Shown here one piece after another: positions 24,430-33,062 of a DNA stretch of 64,000 nt (positions within the stretch are counted from its first letter, which is position 1; each line of letters starts with the position of its first letter). The stretch lies in the IMG/VR virus record IMGVR_UViG_3300005719_000009, positions 1 to 64,000 of that record; one strand, 5' to 3'. Origin of the DNA: a virus. Taxonomy: Duplodnaviria > Caudoviricetes. The position numbers were made by a program, and so were the translations under genes. The notes under the pieces were generated by a model. That model was given only the letters and a program-made list of their open reading frames with translations. It made no database searches and was not told the origin of the DNA.

Positions 24430-25053
24430 TTAGTTAATAATCGCCTTGCATCTTTCGTAAAACATTTCCCGTTCATCGAGCCCGTTAAAGCCGCCATTAA
24501 TCCTTAACGTTATATATTCAACAGGATGAATGTATTTTATTTTTTTCTGGTATTTAACTTTAATTAGAACATGATCCCCCATGTTGGCGATAGTGTTGAA
24601 ATCATGATGCGCCCAATAATCACAGGCGCTCCACACGGCATAATTTGGTTCAGCCAACAACGTAGGATTACCCCTGAAATCTACGTGTGATCGCCCTGAT
24701 TCATTCCACGATATAGTAGCCCTTGTATAATTAGCCGCTCCGGTTACCATAAATATCCCTCTCCCTTTATACAATCTACCATCCCCGTCTTTTTGAGGCG
24801 TATTACCTAAATCAACTCTTGTGTCGTATGCATCACCCGTAGCGTATTCTTGCAGAGAATTAAATGAATCCGTTTCGTACGCCGCCTGTGCTATAAAATG
24901 GCAATACTCCGATTTTGTATCTATGCCATAATGCGGGAAATAATCATTCATGCGATCTGCCAATGGTGCCAAGAGCTTGTACCCGCTTTTTTTACTCCCC
25001 GGTGCAATTTGTTTAAGTATATCTGCTGTAATGATCATAAAAATACCTTCCAC
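24430..25053 (-). CDS. Endolysin, glycoside hydrolase family 19
   Basis: HFIAQ..YET; DLGN....DG..YKGRG...TG..NY; IT.RINGG.NGL..R. Confidence 0.9.
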   Translation of the reverse strand: MEGIFMIITADILKQIAPGSKKSGYKLLAPLADRMNDYFPHYGIDTKSEYCHFIAQAAYETDSFNSLQEYATGDAYDTRVDLGNTPQKDGDGRLYKGRGIFMVTGAANYTRATISWNESGRSHVDFRGNPTLLAEPNYAVWSACDYWAHHDFNTIANMGDHVLIKVKYQKKIKYIHPVEYITLRINGGFNGLDEREMFYERCKAIIN

Positions 25054-25463
25054 GCAATAGTTATAGAATAAAACATCGAGTACCAGAATACGATTTTCTT
25101 GCCGTCATAGTCAATGCCAAATATCCTCCTTTCAACCTTGTCCCACCACGCCTTAGGTGGATTAGCCGCAGACTGATGATACCACGGCAAATGTCTGCGC
25201 AAATTCAACGGAATGTCAAAAGATAATTGCCGATTACAAAATGCAGACATACAATATACAATTACATCTATGTATGGAAATTTACACCACGTTATTTCAG
25301 GCTTATTTGCCAACCAGTAAAGAATAATTGAAAATACAGCATACGAGATGAAATTTACGCCATGCGCAATAGCCTTATCTTTTAATATTCGGTATGCATC
25401 AATACGAGAATTGATCAGATTGAACCCGACAAGACAGCATTGATTTACGAGATACGCAATCAT
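25035..25463 (-). CDS. Membrane protein (lysis module)
   Basis: Several hydrophobic segments. Confidence 0.6.
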   Translation of the reverse strand: MIAYLVNQCCLVGFNLINSRIDAYRILKDKAIAHGVNFISYAVFSIILYWLANKPEITWCKFPYIDVIVYCMSAFCNRQLSFDIPLNLRRHLPWYHQSAANPPKAWWDKVERRIFGIDYDGKKIVFWYSMFYSITIAWKVFL

Positions 25464-25681
25464 GACTTACTTTTGTCACCAAACCAAAAATAGCACCATC
25501 CAATAACGAGAGTAACCCCAGAGGCAATTGCGAGAATATCCCAGAACCTCCACCAGAAAGAATGGTTGGCGTAGTCACTAAGCCCCGGATATATAACAGG
25601 GCCAAACACGCAATTAAGCGCCGTAAACAACCAAAGCAAGTCTTTTAAGTTTTCTTTGAACCATGATTTTTGTGCTGACAT
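25460..25681 (-). CDS. Small two-TM protein (holin/antiholin candidate)
   Basis: Two hydrophobic helices. Confidence 0.5.
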   Translation of the reverse strand: MSAQKSWFKENLKDLLWLFTALNCVFGPVIYPGLSDYANHSFWWRFWDILAIASGVTLVIGWCYFWFGDKSKS

Positions 25682-25704
25682 ATAAATTGTTTTGATTAAA
25701 TTAA

Positions 25705-26475
25705 TTACTTACGCCTTCTTAATGACAGCGGTAAATTCATTTGTGTTTCAACCATTGTCCCATGTGTTCCCCAATAGCCCTTTACTCCATATTGCACCTT
25801 ATACTTAGTTTGATACATTAAACCAACGCCAGCCATTTCAGGAAATGGCGACCATAAAACGCCCCATGAAAAATAAAGCTGCCCCTTAACGCCGGAGGCA
25901 TTAACCGCATCCTTACTTATGTCCTTACTATCCTGAAGACTTTGGCCTAATTTTGATTTCTCTTGATCTTGTTGCGCTATCCTGTCTGTCTGTAGTTTTT
26001 CTTTAATACGTAACGAAAGTTTAAGCTGCTCATTATCTGACTTATATTGTTGCACTAATTTCTGCCCATTAGAAAGTTCAGTAAAACAACCATTACAATC
26101 AACTATAAATTCGTTTGGGACATATGTATGTGACGTATCTGTATCCGGCGTGATTTCTTTATGCTTTGCAAGTAGCAAACTAATTCTTATATTCGCCACA
26201 TCCAATTCATTGTTGATTCTTTCAACCTGATTTTCTTTTATTTCTAATTGCCCATTAGCGACTTCCAGAGCGACTTCATAGTCTCTTTTGTTTGCCGCAA
26301 ACTCAACGCTATCCCTTTTTGTTTTAGCAATAAGCGAATCATTTTTCGTTTTTAACTCATTACTTTCTTTAAAAGCATATTTTGCATTACCGCAACCTCT
26401 AAATAGCATAAATATCAATAAGGCCACACCAACAATTGATATTATAATAAGAACCGGACTAATTTTTATACTCAT
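25705..26475 (-). CDS. Spanin-like protein (N-terminal TM + coiled coil)
   Basis: TM residues 7-25, long coiled coil, next to the endolysin. Confidence 0.55.
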   Translation of the reverse strand: MSIKISPVLIIISIVGVALLIFMLFRGCGNAKYAFKESNELKTKNDSLIAKTKRDSVEFAANKRDYEVALEVANGQLEIKENQVERINNELDVANIRISLLLAKHKEITPDTDTSHTYVPNEFIVDCNGCFTELSNGQKLVQQYKSDNEQLKLSLRIKEKLQTDRIAQQDQEKSKLGQSLQDSKDISKDAVNASGVKGQLYFSWGVLWSPFPEMAGVGLMYQTKYKVQYGVKGYWGTHGTMVETQMNLPLSLRRRK

Positions 26476-26509
26476 ATTGTCATTGTTTTAACACGGCCAA
26501 ATATAATAT

Positions 26510-26959
26510 CTATTGTTTGAATATGTGTTTCTTGTTAGAAAATCCTATCAACATTGCACTAATAGTGCTTACGGTTAAAACACACATATATAAGATATAA
26601 GATGTTTTATAATTGTATATAAACATCGACAAATCAAATACATGATATGCAAAATAAATCAGCCACACTAAATACAAGCGAAAACTATACCGTTGCCATT
26701 GAAGATAATTTTCATAGTTTATAGAATACGCCTGACATGCGCCTGCATAAAGTATAGATGTTAGCAACATGCCGTCTTCGATCATTTTGAAATACCACAA
26801 AATATTCAGATCGGGCACTGAAAATCCCGGTTTAATAAACCACCCGGAAACTATATAATTTACAGACTTTGGGCTTGCCCACATTATCAATGTATGTAGT
26901 TCTGTTAACAGGTGTGCGCCTATTAACAGAACTATTATTGTATAGTATCTTTTCTTCAT
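26510..26959 (-). CDS. Multi-pass membrane protein
   Basis: About 4 hydrophobic segments. Confidence 0.6.
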   Translation of the reverse strand: MKKRYYTIIVLLIGAHLLTELHTLIMWASPKSVNYIVSGWFIKPGFSVPDLNILWYFKMIEDGMLLTSILYAGACQAYSINYENYLQWQRYSFRLYLVWLIYFAYHVFDLSMFIYNYKTSYILYMCVLTVSTISAMLIGFSNKKHIFKQ

Positions 26960-27153
26960 GGTGGAGTTCCGGGGCCATGTGGGGGATTGCTTCCTCCTTC
27001 ACTATTGATACTTTGTCTTTCTAACTTAACACACGCTTCACGGTGCAATACCTCTCGCGCCCGTTCCATTATAAGCCACGCGTCTGCATAAGTAATACCA
27101 TTTAATGAAGCAATCAATTCTCTCGCTTTTTGTAAAATTTGATCTGAATCCAT
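26956..27153 (-). CDS. Hypothetical protein
   Basis: Packed ORF. Confidence 0.55.
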   Translation of the reverse strand: MDSDQILQKARELIASLNGITYADAWLIMERAREVLHREACVKLERQSINSEGGSNPPHGPGTPP

Positions 27154-27173
27154 ATTGTTGCGTTATTTTTGTT

Positions 27174-27470
27174 TTATGCTGCTTTTTTTTTACGATTTTG
27201 TATCTTTCTTTTTATTGTCATGCGTTTCCACTTTGACTTTATCCAAAGCGCTAAATCGTTGCCAAGCACTGTTGCACATCCAGACACGATAGCACTCAGC
27301 CCAACTGCAATAATCTTCAATAACCCTTCAATGATAATAGAAGTAGCTCCATGTAATGAGCTACCAAACAGAAAAACACCAGAAATAAGGCCACCGCCAA
27401 AGCTTCCTTTAATAAATAGATTAATCTTCTCTTGCCATACAGCTTTGAGCCATTCATAGATACGGTGCAT
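27174..27470 (-). CDS. Holin candidate
   Basis: Two TM helices, highly basic C-terminal tail. Confidence 0.5.
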   Translation of the reverse strand: MHRIYEWLKAVWQEKINLFIKGSFGGGLISGVFLFGSSLHGATSIIIEGLLKIIAVGLSAIVSGCATVLGNDLALWIKSKWKRMTIKRKIQNRKKKAA

Positions 27471-27508
27471 TGTATATTTGATTTTTGGTTAATGTGCTGC
27501 ATGGTTTT

Positions 27509-27961
27509 TTAATTTTGACCGGGTAGTATTATTCCTTCCTTATCGGCTTGCGCCTTGAGTAGTTTTTCACTTTTACCGAAAATAAACCACCCTATATTTT
27601 GACACAAGTACCCGAATACTACTGCCACGACATTTAAAAAATTAATGAAATAAACCTTCCATTTAGCTGCCTCCATATTCTTTAGCTCTTCTTTGTTCAA
27701 CTCCATATTTATGAAATTAGGAAGAACAAACAACCCTATCAGCAAAATTACTACAGCGAAAGCAAAAGATGCCGTTTCTTTTGTAAAATGCATCTTTAAT
27801 GCATCTGAAAATGTTACCGTAGGTTTGTTCCTTTGTATCTCCCAGCTCTTTTTAAAGGCGTACGCTAATTGACCCAGAAACCAACCTATAACCAAGATTA
27901 CATAATTACTCATTTCATTTGAATTTATGTGATTATTTAATACTTCCTTATTAGCCTCCAC
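27509..27961 (-). CDS. Three-TM membrane protein (holin candidate)
   Basis: Three hydrophobic segments. Confidence 0.5.
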   Translation of the reverse strand: MEANKEVLNNHINSNEMSNYVILVIGWFLGQLAYAFKKSWEIQRNKPTVTFSDALKMHFTKETASFAFAVVILLIGLFVLPNFINMELNKEELKNMEAAKWKVYFINFLNVVAVVFGYLCQNIGWFIFGKSEKLLKAQADKEGIILPGQN

Positions 27962-30900
27962 GCAAGAGACTGATCAACCATGAAATCATATGTTTTCCCC
28001 CAATCAAGTGTTGTAAATGTCGACCCGGTAGCATTATCTGTTACAGCAGCGGACAAGCTATATTTGTTGCTGCCCGCTGAAAATCTCATAAGCAACGTCA
28101 CCGACTGACCATTAATTACAGCAGATGGCAATGTTAGTGTTCTCCCTGTTGTTAACACATCTGACACTTCTGCAATAATCGTATTAGACGCAACTGTGTA
28201 ATCAGCATCGGTATTGTTCGCATCTACATCATACGTAATGCCAGAAAACAGATTAACCCTTCCGCTGGATGTAACGGTAAAGGCCGAAACTGTGCTGCCT
28301 CCTGTCCCAACAGATAAAGAATTACCCCCGCCTGAAATAATTCTATTCCCCGCCAATGTTGCATCCCCGCTATACAATGTAGTTATAGATGAAGCGATGG
28401 AACTTTGTGCAACCTTTCTCACTATACTATCCGCGCCAAGCACTAATACAGAGTCTGTACTCAGCCCGTTCCCTCTCACCCTCATCAACTTAACCGTGTC
28501 CGATACTCTTAAGGCTGTTCCTATTATAGTTCCTTCTAAAGACGCATCCGTTTCCTGACCTATCCAAACCCTACTCGTACCGCCATTGCTTGAAGCTGCA
28601 CCTATAACAACATTACCGGCAATTGAACCCGTGTTTCTATTAAATCCGTATAAGTAAACCTTATTAGATGCATCCGACCTATATTGACCTATAAATCCCG
28701 TAGATGATGTAACGCCACCGGTTAATACGGACGCAGACGCAGATATATTATTATCGACAAAAAGTCCATTAGCCGTAGGGTTGGATGTTGAATTAATCAC
28801 AACATTGCTACCAAAAGCATTCAATCTAATTACACGCGTAGTTGAAAATGGAACACCACCTTGAACTTGTGCATCACCGTTATAAAATAAGTTTATTCCA
28901 GCGGTTGACATATTTGTTAAATCAATCCCCGTAGCTGTTACACTTGTTCCTGATTTAATATATCCGTCAGTTTGTATAAGACTCGATTTTATTCCGCCAT
29001 AAATGTTTATCGCCCCAAACTGTCTTTCGCTATTCGTAATTGGGGTATTCATTATAATAGAACTGTAAGGCATTTTAAGCAGCCTGCCAACACTATCTAC
29101 CCCTAATGGTATTGTTTGCCCGCTTCCGGTTTTCAAATTTCTTACCACAATACTATCGAATTCGGATTGCCTGTTTACTATTAGCTGCCGCCCATTATCG
29201 TACGCGCTATAATGAAAGCTATCTATGATAGCTTTCGTCCATATATCCTGCCCGGTAGAATCTGGGTGTAATGCATCTGGGATAATAGTAGTTCCATATT
29301 GTTGTGTTGCATTAAGCATATTAACGAAACTGGTGCCATAAACTGTATGTATAGAATCTATTCCATTTACGTATTGCTGAATGCGTGCTAACGGGGTACT
29401 GAAAATAGTAAAGTATGCGGGACTTACTAATAGTATATCCCGCATGTAAGAACCCCAGCCACGCGCAATACATGTATCTAATGTTCTTTTCCACCATACA
29501 ATAAAATTTACATATGTTAAGGTTGTTCCATTTTCATTAGTTATATCATTTGTACCAAACTCAAAAATTATACCTCTTAGCGAATCTGATTTAACCGGAA
29601 TATTCGACAGCATTGTTGTATTGTTCTGCACTGTAGTCCCTGATTGACATAAGTTTCGCTCCCGCATACCAAAAAACCTCGTAACCTTCCCACTAAATCT
29701 TTGAGTTAAGGGTACGGTTAAACCGGATGAACCTGCGCCAATGGAATTTCCAAAAAAATACAACGCCGTGCCCGTGTCGGCAGATTTCCTAAGATACATT
29801 GACCTATCGGTTGCATTGCCTATCCTAAGAACTGTATCGATATTGGCGTTATTGGCCCCAACTCCACTGCCACTTCCGACCCAGCTTGCCATTGGTTGAA
29901 TTAGCCCCGTTGTAGTGTTATACCCAATTGGTTTTATATTTGCAGTGTCTGTTTGTTGCGTTAAGGAAGGGAATCCATTAAATAATATTCTTCCTGTTGA
30001 TTTCTGAATTATTATTCCAGTATAAATGCCAGAAACATTTTCCCCGATTTGAATACCCGTCGTTGAGTCTATTAATATACGCCTTGAATTTAATGGCTGA
30101 GTAGATATCAACTGTATGTGATCTTGATTAGCATACACTGTATTTATGCTACTAAAATCCTCATATCTTCCAGACATAACCGCATTCGTGTTATCTATAG
30201 TAAATCTGGTAGTACTCGCCACCCCATTAGCTGCTATAATATCAAGTTCATTTGTTCCTACGGATATGTTTGTTGTTTTAACTAAAGGGCCACCTAATTG
30301 AATCGTATCAGCATCCTTAGATAGACCATTATTCGCATAAGAAGGGAATGACAATTGCGTTAAATCATATTGCGTTGCTATTTCTGTACTATCAACATCC
30401 GTAGTAATGGAGGTGGTAGTGGTAGTATGATTAATCCCAAATCCCGGATTCAATCTCTTAATTGTATCATTTATCAAAAGCGTATCTCCTGCCCCTGATG
30501 CATTTGCCAAAGGAGGCGTCAATGTCCCATTTGTTGCTGATGTGATTTGCCCTTTTGAATTAAAAGTAATATCACAATTCGTACAACTGCTACCAGTAAT
30601 TACATCTATCAACGAAATCAATCCACTCCCATTATCTGAAAAGTTGCTGGCACTGAATGTGGCGGCTCCTTTAGTTCCAGATGTATTTGCATTCGTTATG
30701 CCTATCGCACCAGTTGTTGAACTATACGTTATTGGAGAGGTGCCAGACAACAACCCTCGTACTTTTAAGTAAAAATTTGGTATCGCTCCCGTATCGAGTG
30801 TTGCCAGCGTTCCGTTGCCGCGAATATATTGCAGCGTAGTGCCAGCACCCGTAACCGAAAGAGTCCCGGCCCCCGTAACGGGAGAGTTGTTAACAGTAAA

Positions 30901-31401
30901 CGCAGAAGGCATTGACAACCCAACACTTGTCACAGTCCCAGAACCGCTCGTATTAAATACATGAATAAATGACTCTGAGCCATTTTTTTGCTTAAACAAA
31001 CTATCATTTCTGGAATAAACATTCTGAACCCATTTATTAGCAGTATCAATCTTTCTTAGGTACGGCAACAACATGGCTGTTGTATCAGAAATACTCAGCT
31101 TTAGGTTTATCCTATTACTTAATGAAGTCGTATCAATAGTAGTACCTATGCCATCTTGAATCCAGCGACTCCCAATCCAAATCCACTGAGTCGTGTCTAC
31201 TCCGGGACGCGGCCATGTAATCGTCATGCCGAATTTAGTTGGAGTCCAACTTGTATCCCTACGCGAAACAACCGTGCCGGAGTCAGGCACGGTATATGTA
31301 TTCTTAATCCATCCATTTATCGTTTGCGAAGGCACCCCGCTTTGAGATTGAGCGCTTAAATAAAACAAACAAAACAGTACTATATAAACTATATATCTCA
31401 T
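27937..31401 (-). CDS. Fibre/spike-like protein with Sec signal peptide and SGNH esterase domain
   Basis: MRYIVYIVLFCLFYLSA|Q; G/S/T-rich repeats (GSGTVTSVGLS); FFGNSI, GTND and DALHP SGNH blocks. Confidence 0.7.
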   Translation of the reverse strand: MRYIVYIVLFCLFYLSAQSQSGVPSQTINGWIKNTYTVPDSGTVVSRRDTSWTPTKFGMTITWPRPGVDTTQWIWIGSRWIQDGIGTTIDTTSLSNRINLKLSISDTTAMLLPYLRKIDTANKWVQNVYSRNDSLFKQKNGSESFIHVFNTSGSGTVTSVGLSMPSAFTVNNSPVTGAGTLSVTGAGTTLQYIRGNGTLATLDTGAIPNFYLKVRGLLSGTSPITYSSTTGAIGITNANTSGTKGAATFSASNFSDNGSGLISLIDVITGSSCTNCDITFNSKGQITSATNGTLTPPLANASGAGDTLLINDTIKRLNPGFGINHTTTTTSITTDVDSTEIATQYDLTQLSFPSYANNGLSKDADTIQLGGPLVKTTNISVGTNELDIIAANGVASTTRFTIDNTNAVMSGRYEDFSSINTVYANQDHIQLISTQPLNSRRILIDSTTGIQIGENVSGIYTGIIIQKSTGRILFNGFPSLTQQTDTANIKPIGYNTTTGLIQPMASWVGSGSGVGANNANIDTVLRIGNATDRSMYLRKSADTGTALYFFGNSIGAGSSGLTVPLTQRFSGKVTRFFGMRERNLCQSGTTVQNNTTMLSNIPVKSDSLRGIIFEFGTNDITNENGTTLTYVNFIVWWKRTLDTCIARGWGSYMRDILLVSPAYFTIFSTPLARIQQYVNGIDSIHTVYGTSFVNMLNATQQYGTTIIPDALHPDSTGQDIWTKAIIDSFHYSAYDNGRQLIVNRQSEFDSIVVRNLKTGSGQTIPLGVDSVGRLLKMPYSSIIMNTPITNSERQFGAINIYGGIKSSLIQTDGYIKSGTSVTATGIDLTNMSTAGINLFYNGDAQVQGGVPFSTTRVIRLNAFGSNVVINSTSNPTANGLFVDNNISASASVLTGGVTSSTGFIGQYRSDASNKVYLYGFNRNTGSIAGNVVIGAASSNGGTSRVWIGQETDASLEGTIIGTALRVSDTVKLMRVRGNGLSTDSVLVLGADSIVRKVAQSSIASSITTLYSGDATLAGNRIISGGGNSLSVGTGGSTVSAFTVTSSGRVNLFSGITYDVDANNTDADYTVASNTIIAEVSDVLTTGRTLTLPSAVINGQSVTLLMRFSAGSNKYSLSAAVTDNATGSTFTTLDWGKTYDFMVDQSLAWRLIRKY

Positions 31402-32009
31402 AATGCAATATATTGTAATCCTTGTATAACAAATAGATCGTTGTTTTGGAATGAGGTTCCCGTTGGCCCTATTGTAATCGTAACAGATGTTGGCGTATAT
31501 ACGGGCGTAAATGAAACTCTATCAGTTGCGCCAATAGGCAACTCAACGCCATCCTTGATCACAAATATAGATTTATCAATAATCCCGCTCAACGACAAAA
31601 CAATTTGCGTTTGCCCATTAGTTGGCAATGTTACATTAACGCCATTTACACTCTGAGGCGACGATGTGACCCCAACGGTAAACTGCAAGTATACTTGCTG
31701 AATTGTAGAAATAACGCCTGTTGCCGGATTCACGATTGTGCCACTGCCGCCACTTCCTATTATTTGCAATGCCTGTCCGACAAAAGGCTGACACAATGAA
31801 AAAAGATAATTCATCCTACCGGCTAAAGAGCTACTTGATGGGTTGTAACTATTCAGCCAGTTAACAGCACTCTTTACAATGTATATTAATCTGGATAATC
31901 CAGTACGTTCATATTTGCCGCGAAACAAATACCCTTTGGATTCTGAATCTTTAGCCAGAAACTGACACACATCCGCTATTTGCAATATTTCCGTTACAGT
32001 GTATGCCAT
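31398..32009 (-). CDS. Putative tail-associated structural protein
   Basis: Position; beta-rich C-terminus. Confidence 0.5.
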   Translation of the reverse strand: MAYTVTEILQIADVCQFLAKDSESKGYLFRGKYERTGLSRLIYIVKSAVNWLNSYNPSSSSLAGRMNYLFSLCQPFVGQALQIIGSGGSGTIVNPATGVISTIQQVYLQFTVGVTSSPQSVNGVNVTLPTNGQTQIVLSLSGIIDKSIFVIKDGVELPIGATDRVSFTPVYTPTSVTITIGPTGTSFQNNDLFVIQGLQYIAL

Positions 32010-32518
32010 TAGAAATATTTATTTTGATTTACAATCAAATTTTGTATTCTCGAAAGAGCAGCCTGCGCTGATGCTTGTTGCCCCTTTGAAGCAGCCTGAA
32101 TAGAATTATCTATCTCAGTTTGTAAAACTCCCAAATAATGGTAGAAAGTAGAATCATTCAAAATACTTGGATTTGATTGAATGGCTCCTATTTGCTGATC
32201 TTCAAACTGCCGAGAATTACCAATAAAATTAAACAAATCAGATGCGCTATACGCAGAAGGGGGCGGCAATGGCGAAGATGATTGCCAAGTCAAAACAATT
32301 AATAAGCAAAGATCAACATTAAGAACATTCAATGTAATCGATGCGCCTGAAGATAATGGGAAATCAATCGTATCACCCCCAACCAATGTGCCATCCGCCT
32401 GATATAAACTTATTGTTCGACCAGTCAAGTTACCATCTGATCCGGTGCTTGTATCTGTAATCACAAAACTGCCGGGGCTTATCAAGCTGCTAACCGTAAA
32501 TGCTCCGTTAAAGGCCAT
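32009..32518 (-). CDS. Putative tail-associated structural protein
   Basis: Position; ITDTSTGSD motif. Confidence 0.5.
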   Translation of the reverse strand: MAFNGAFTVSSLISPGSFVITDTSTGSDGNLTGRTISLYQADGTLVGGDTIDFPLSSGASITLNVLNVDLCLLIVLTWQSSSPLPPPSAYSASDLFNFIGNSRQFEDQQIGAIQSNPSILNDSTFYHYLGVLQTEIDNSIQAASKGQQASAQAALSRIQNLIVNQNKYF

Positions 32519-32543
32519 GGTAAATATTAATTTTTAATATGCA

Positions 32544-33062
32544 TTATTGATTTTTAACCTTAATCATTATTTTCTTTTGCCCATCCGTAGGGGCAACATT
32601 AACATCCATCGGCACTCTTCCTGCTAATTGTTGATTAATTTGACTAATAGAGGTTCTGAATCCGGGGCCAACGCCATACCCAAGTGCCTTTGTTTTTGAA
32701 AGAACATCTTTGATATATGGATCACTTGACCCAATGTCATAAAAGGCGTTTAATTTTTCCTCTACAGGAAGTTTCTGCACATCCGGTCTGGTGTTAAATA
32801 TATAAGCGTGGTTCATTAATTTTTGCGCAGCATCATTGCCAATCAAACGAGTTAAGCTACCGTATATCCCCGCCTTATCTTCAGGCTTTAATATATTCCC
32901 CTTGCCTACCAACTCCATCAACCTATCCCTAATGTCTAAATCCCTATCAATGGTTGTTCCTCCGGCAGCATGATATGTAGCTCCTTTTACGCCCCCTCCG
33001 CTATTTATTGGATCACCAGTTGCGGGATTAGCTATTCTCAATACTATTTTTTTGTTTTCCAT
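32544..33062 (-). CDS. Putative internal virion protein
   Basis: Follows the large ejection protein; KKI(V/M)(L/I)(R/K) at both termini. Confidence 0.5.
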   Translation of the reverse strand: MENKKIVLRIANPATGDPINSGGGVKGATYHAAGGTTIDRDLDIRDRLMELVGKGNILKPEDKAGIYGSLTRLIGNDAAQKLMNHAYIFNTRPDVQKLPVEEKLNAFYDIGSSDPYIKDVLSKTKALGYGVGPGFRTSISQINQQLAGRVPMDVNVAPTDGQKKIMIKVKNQ

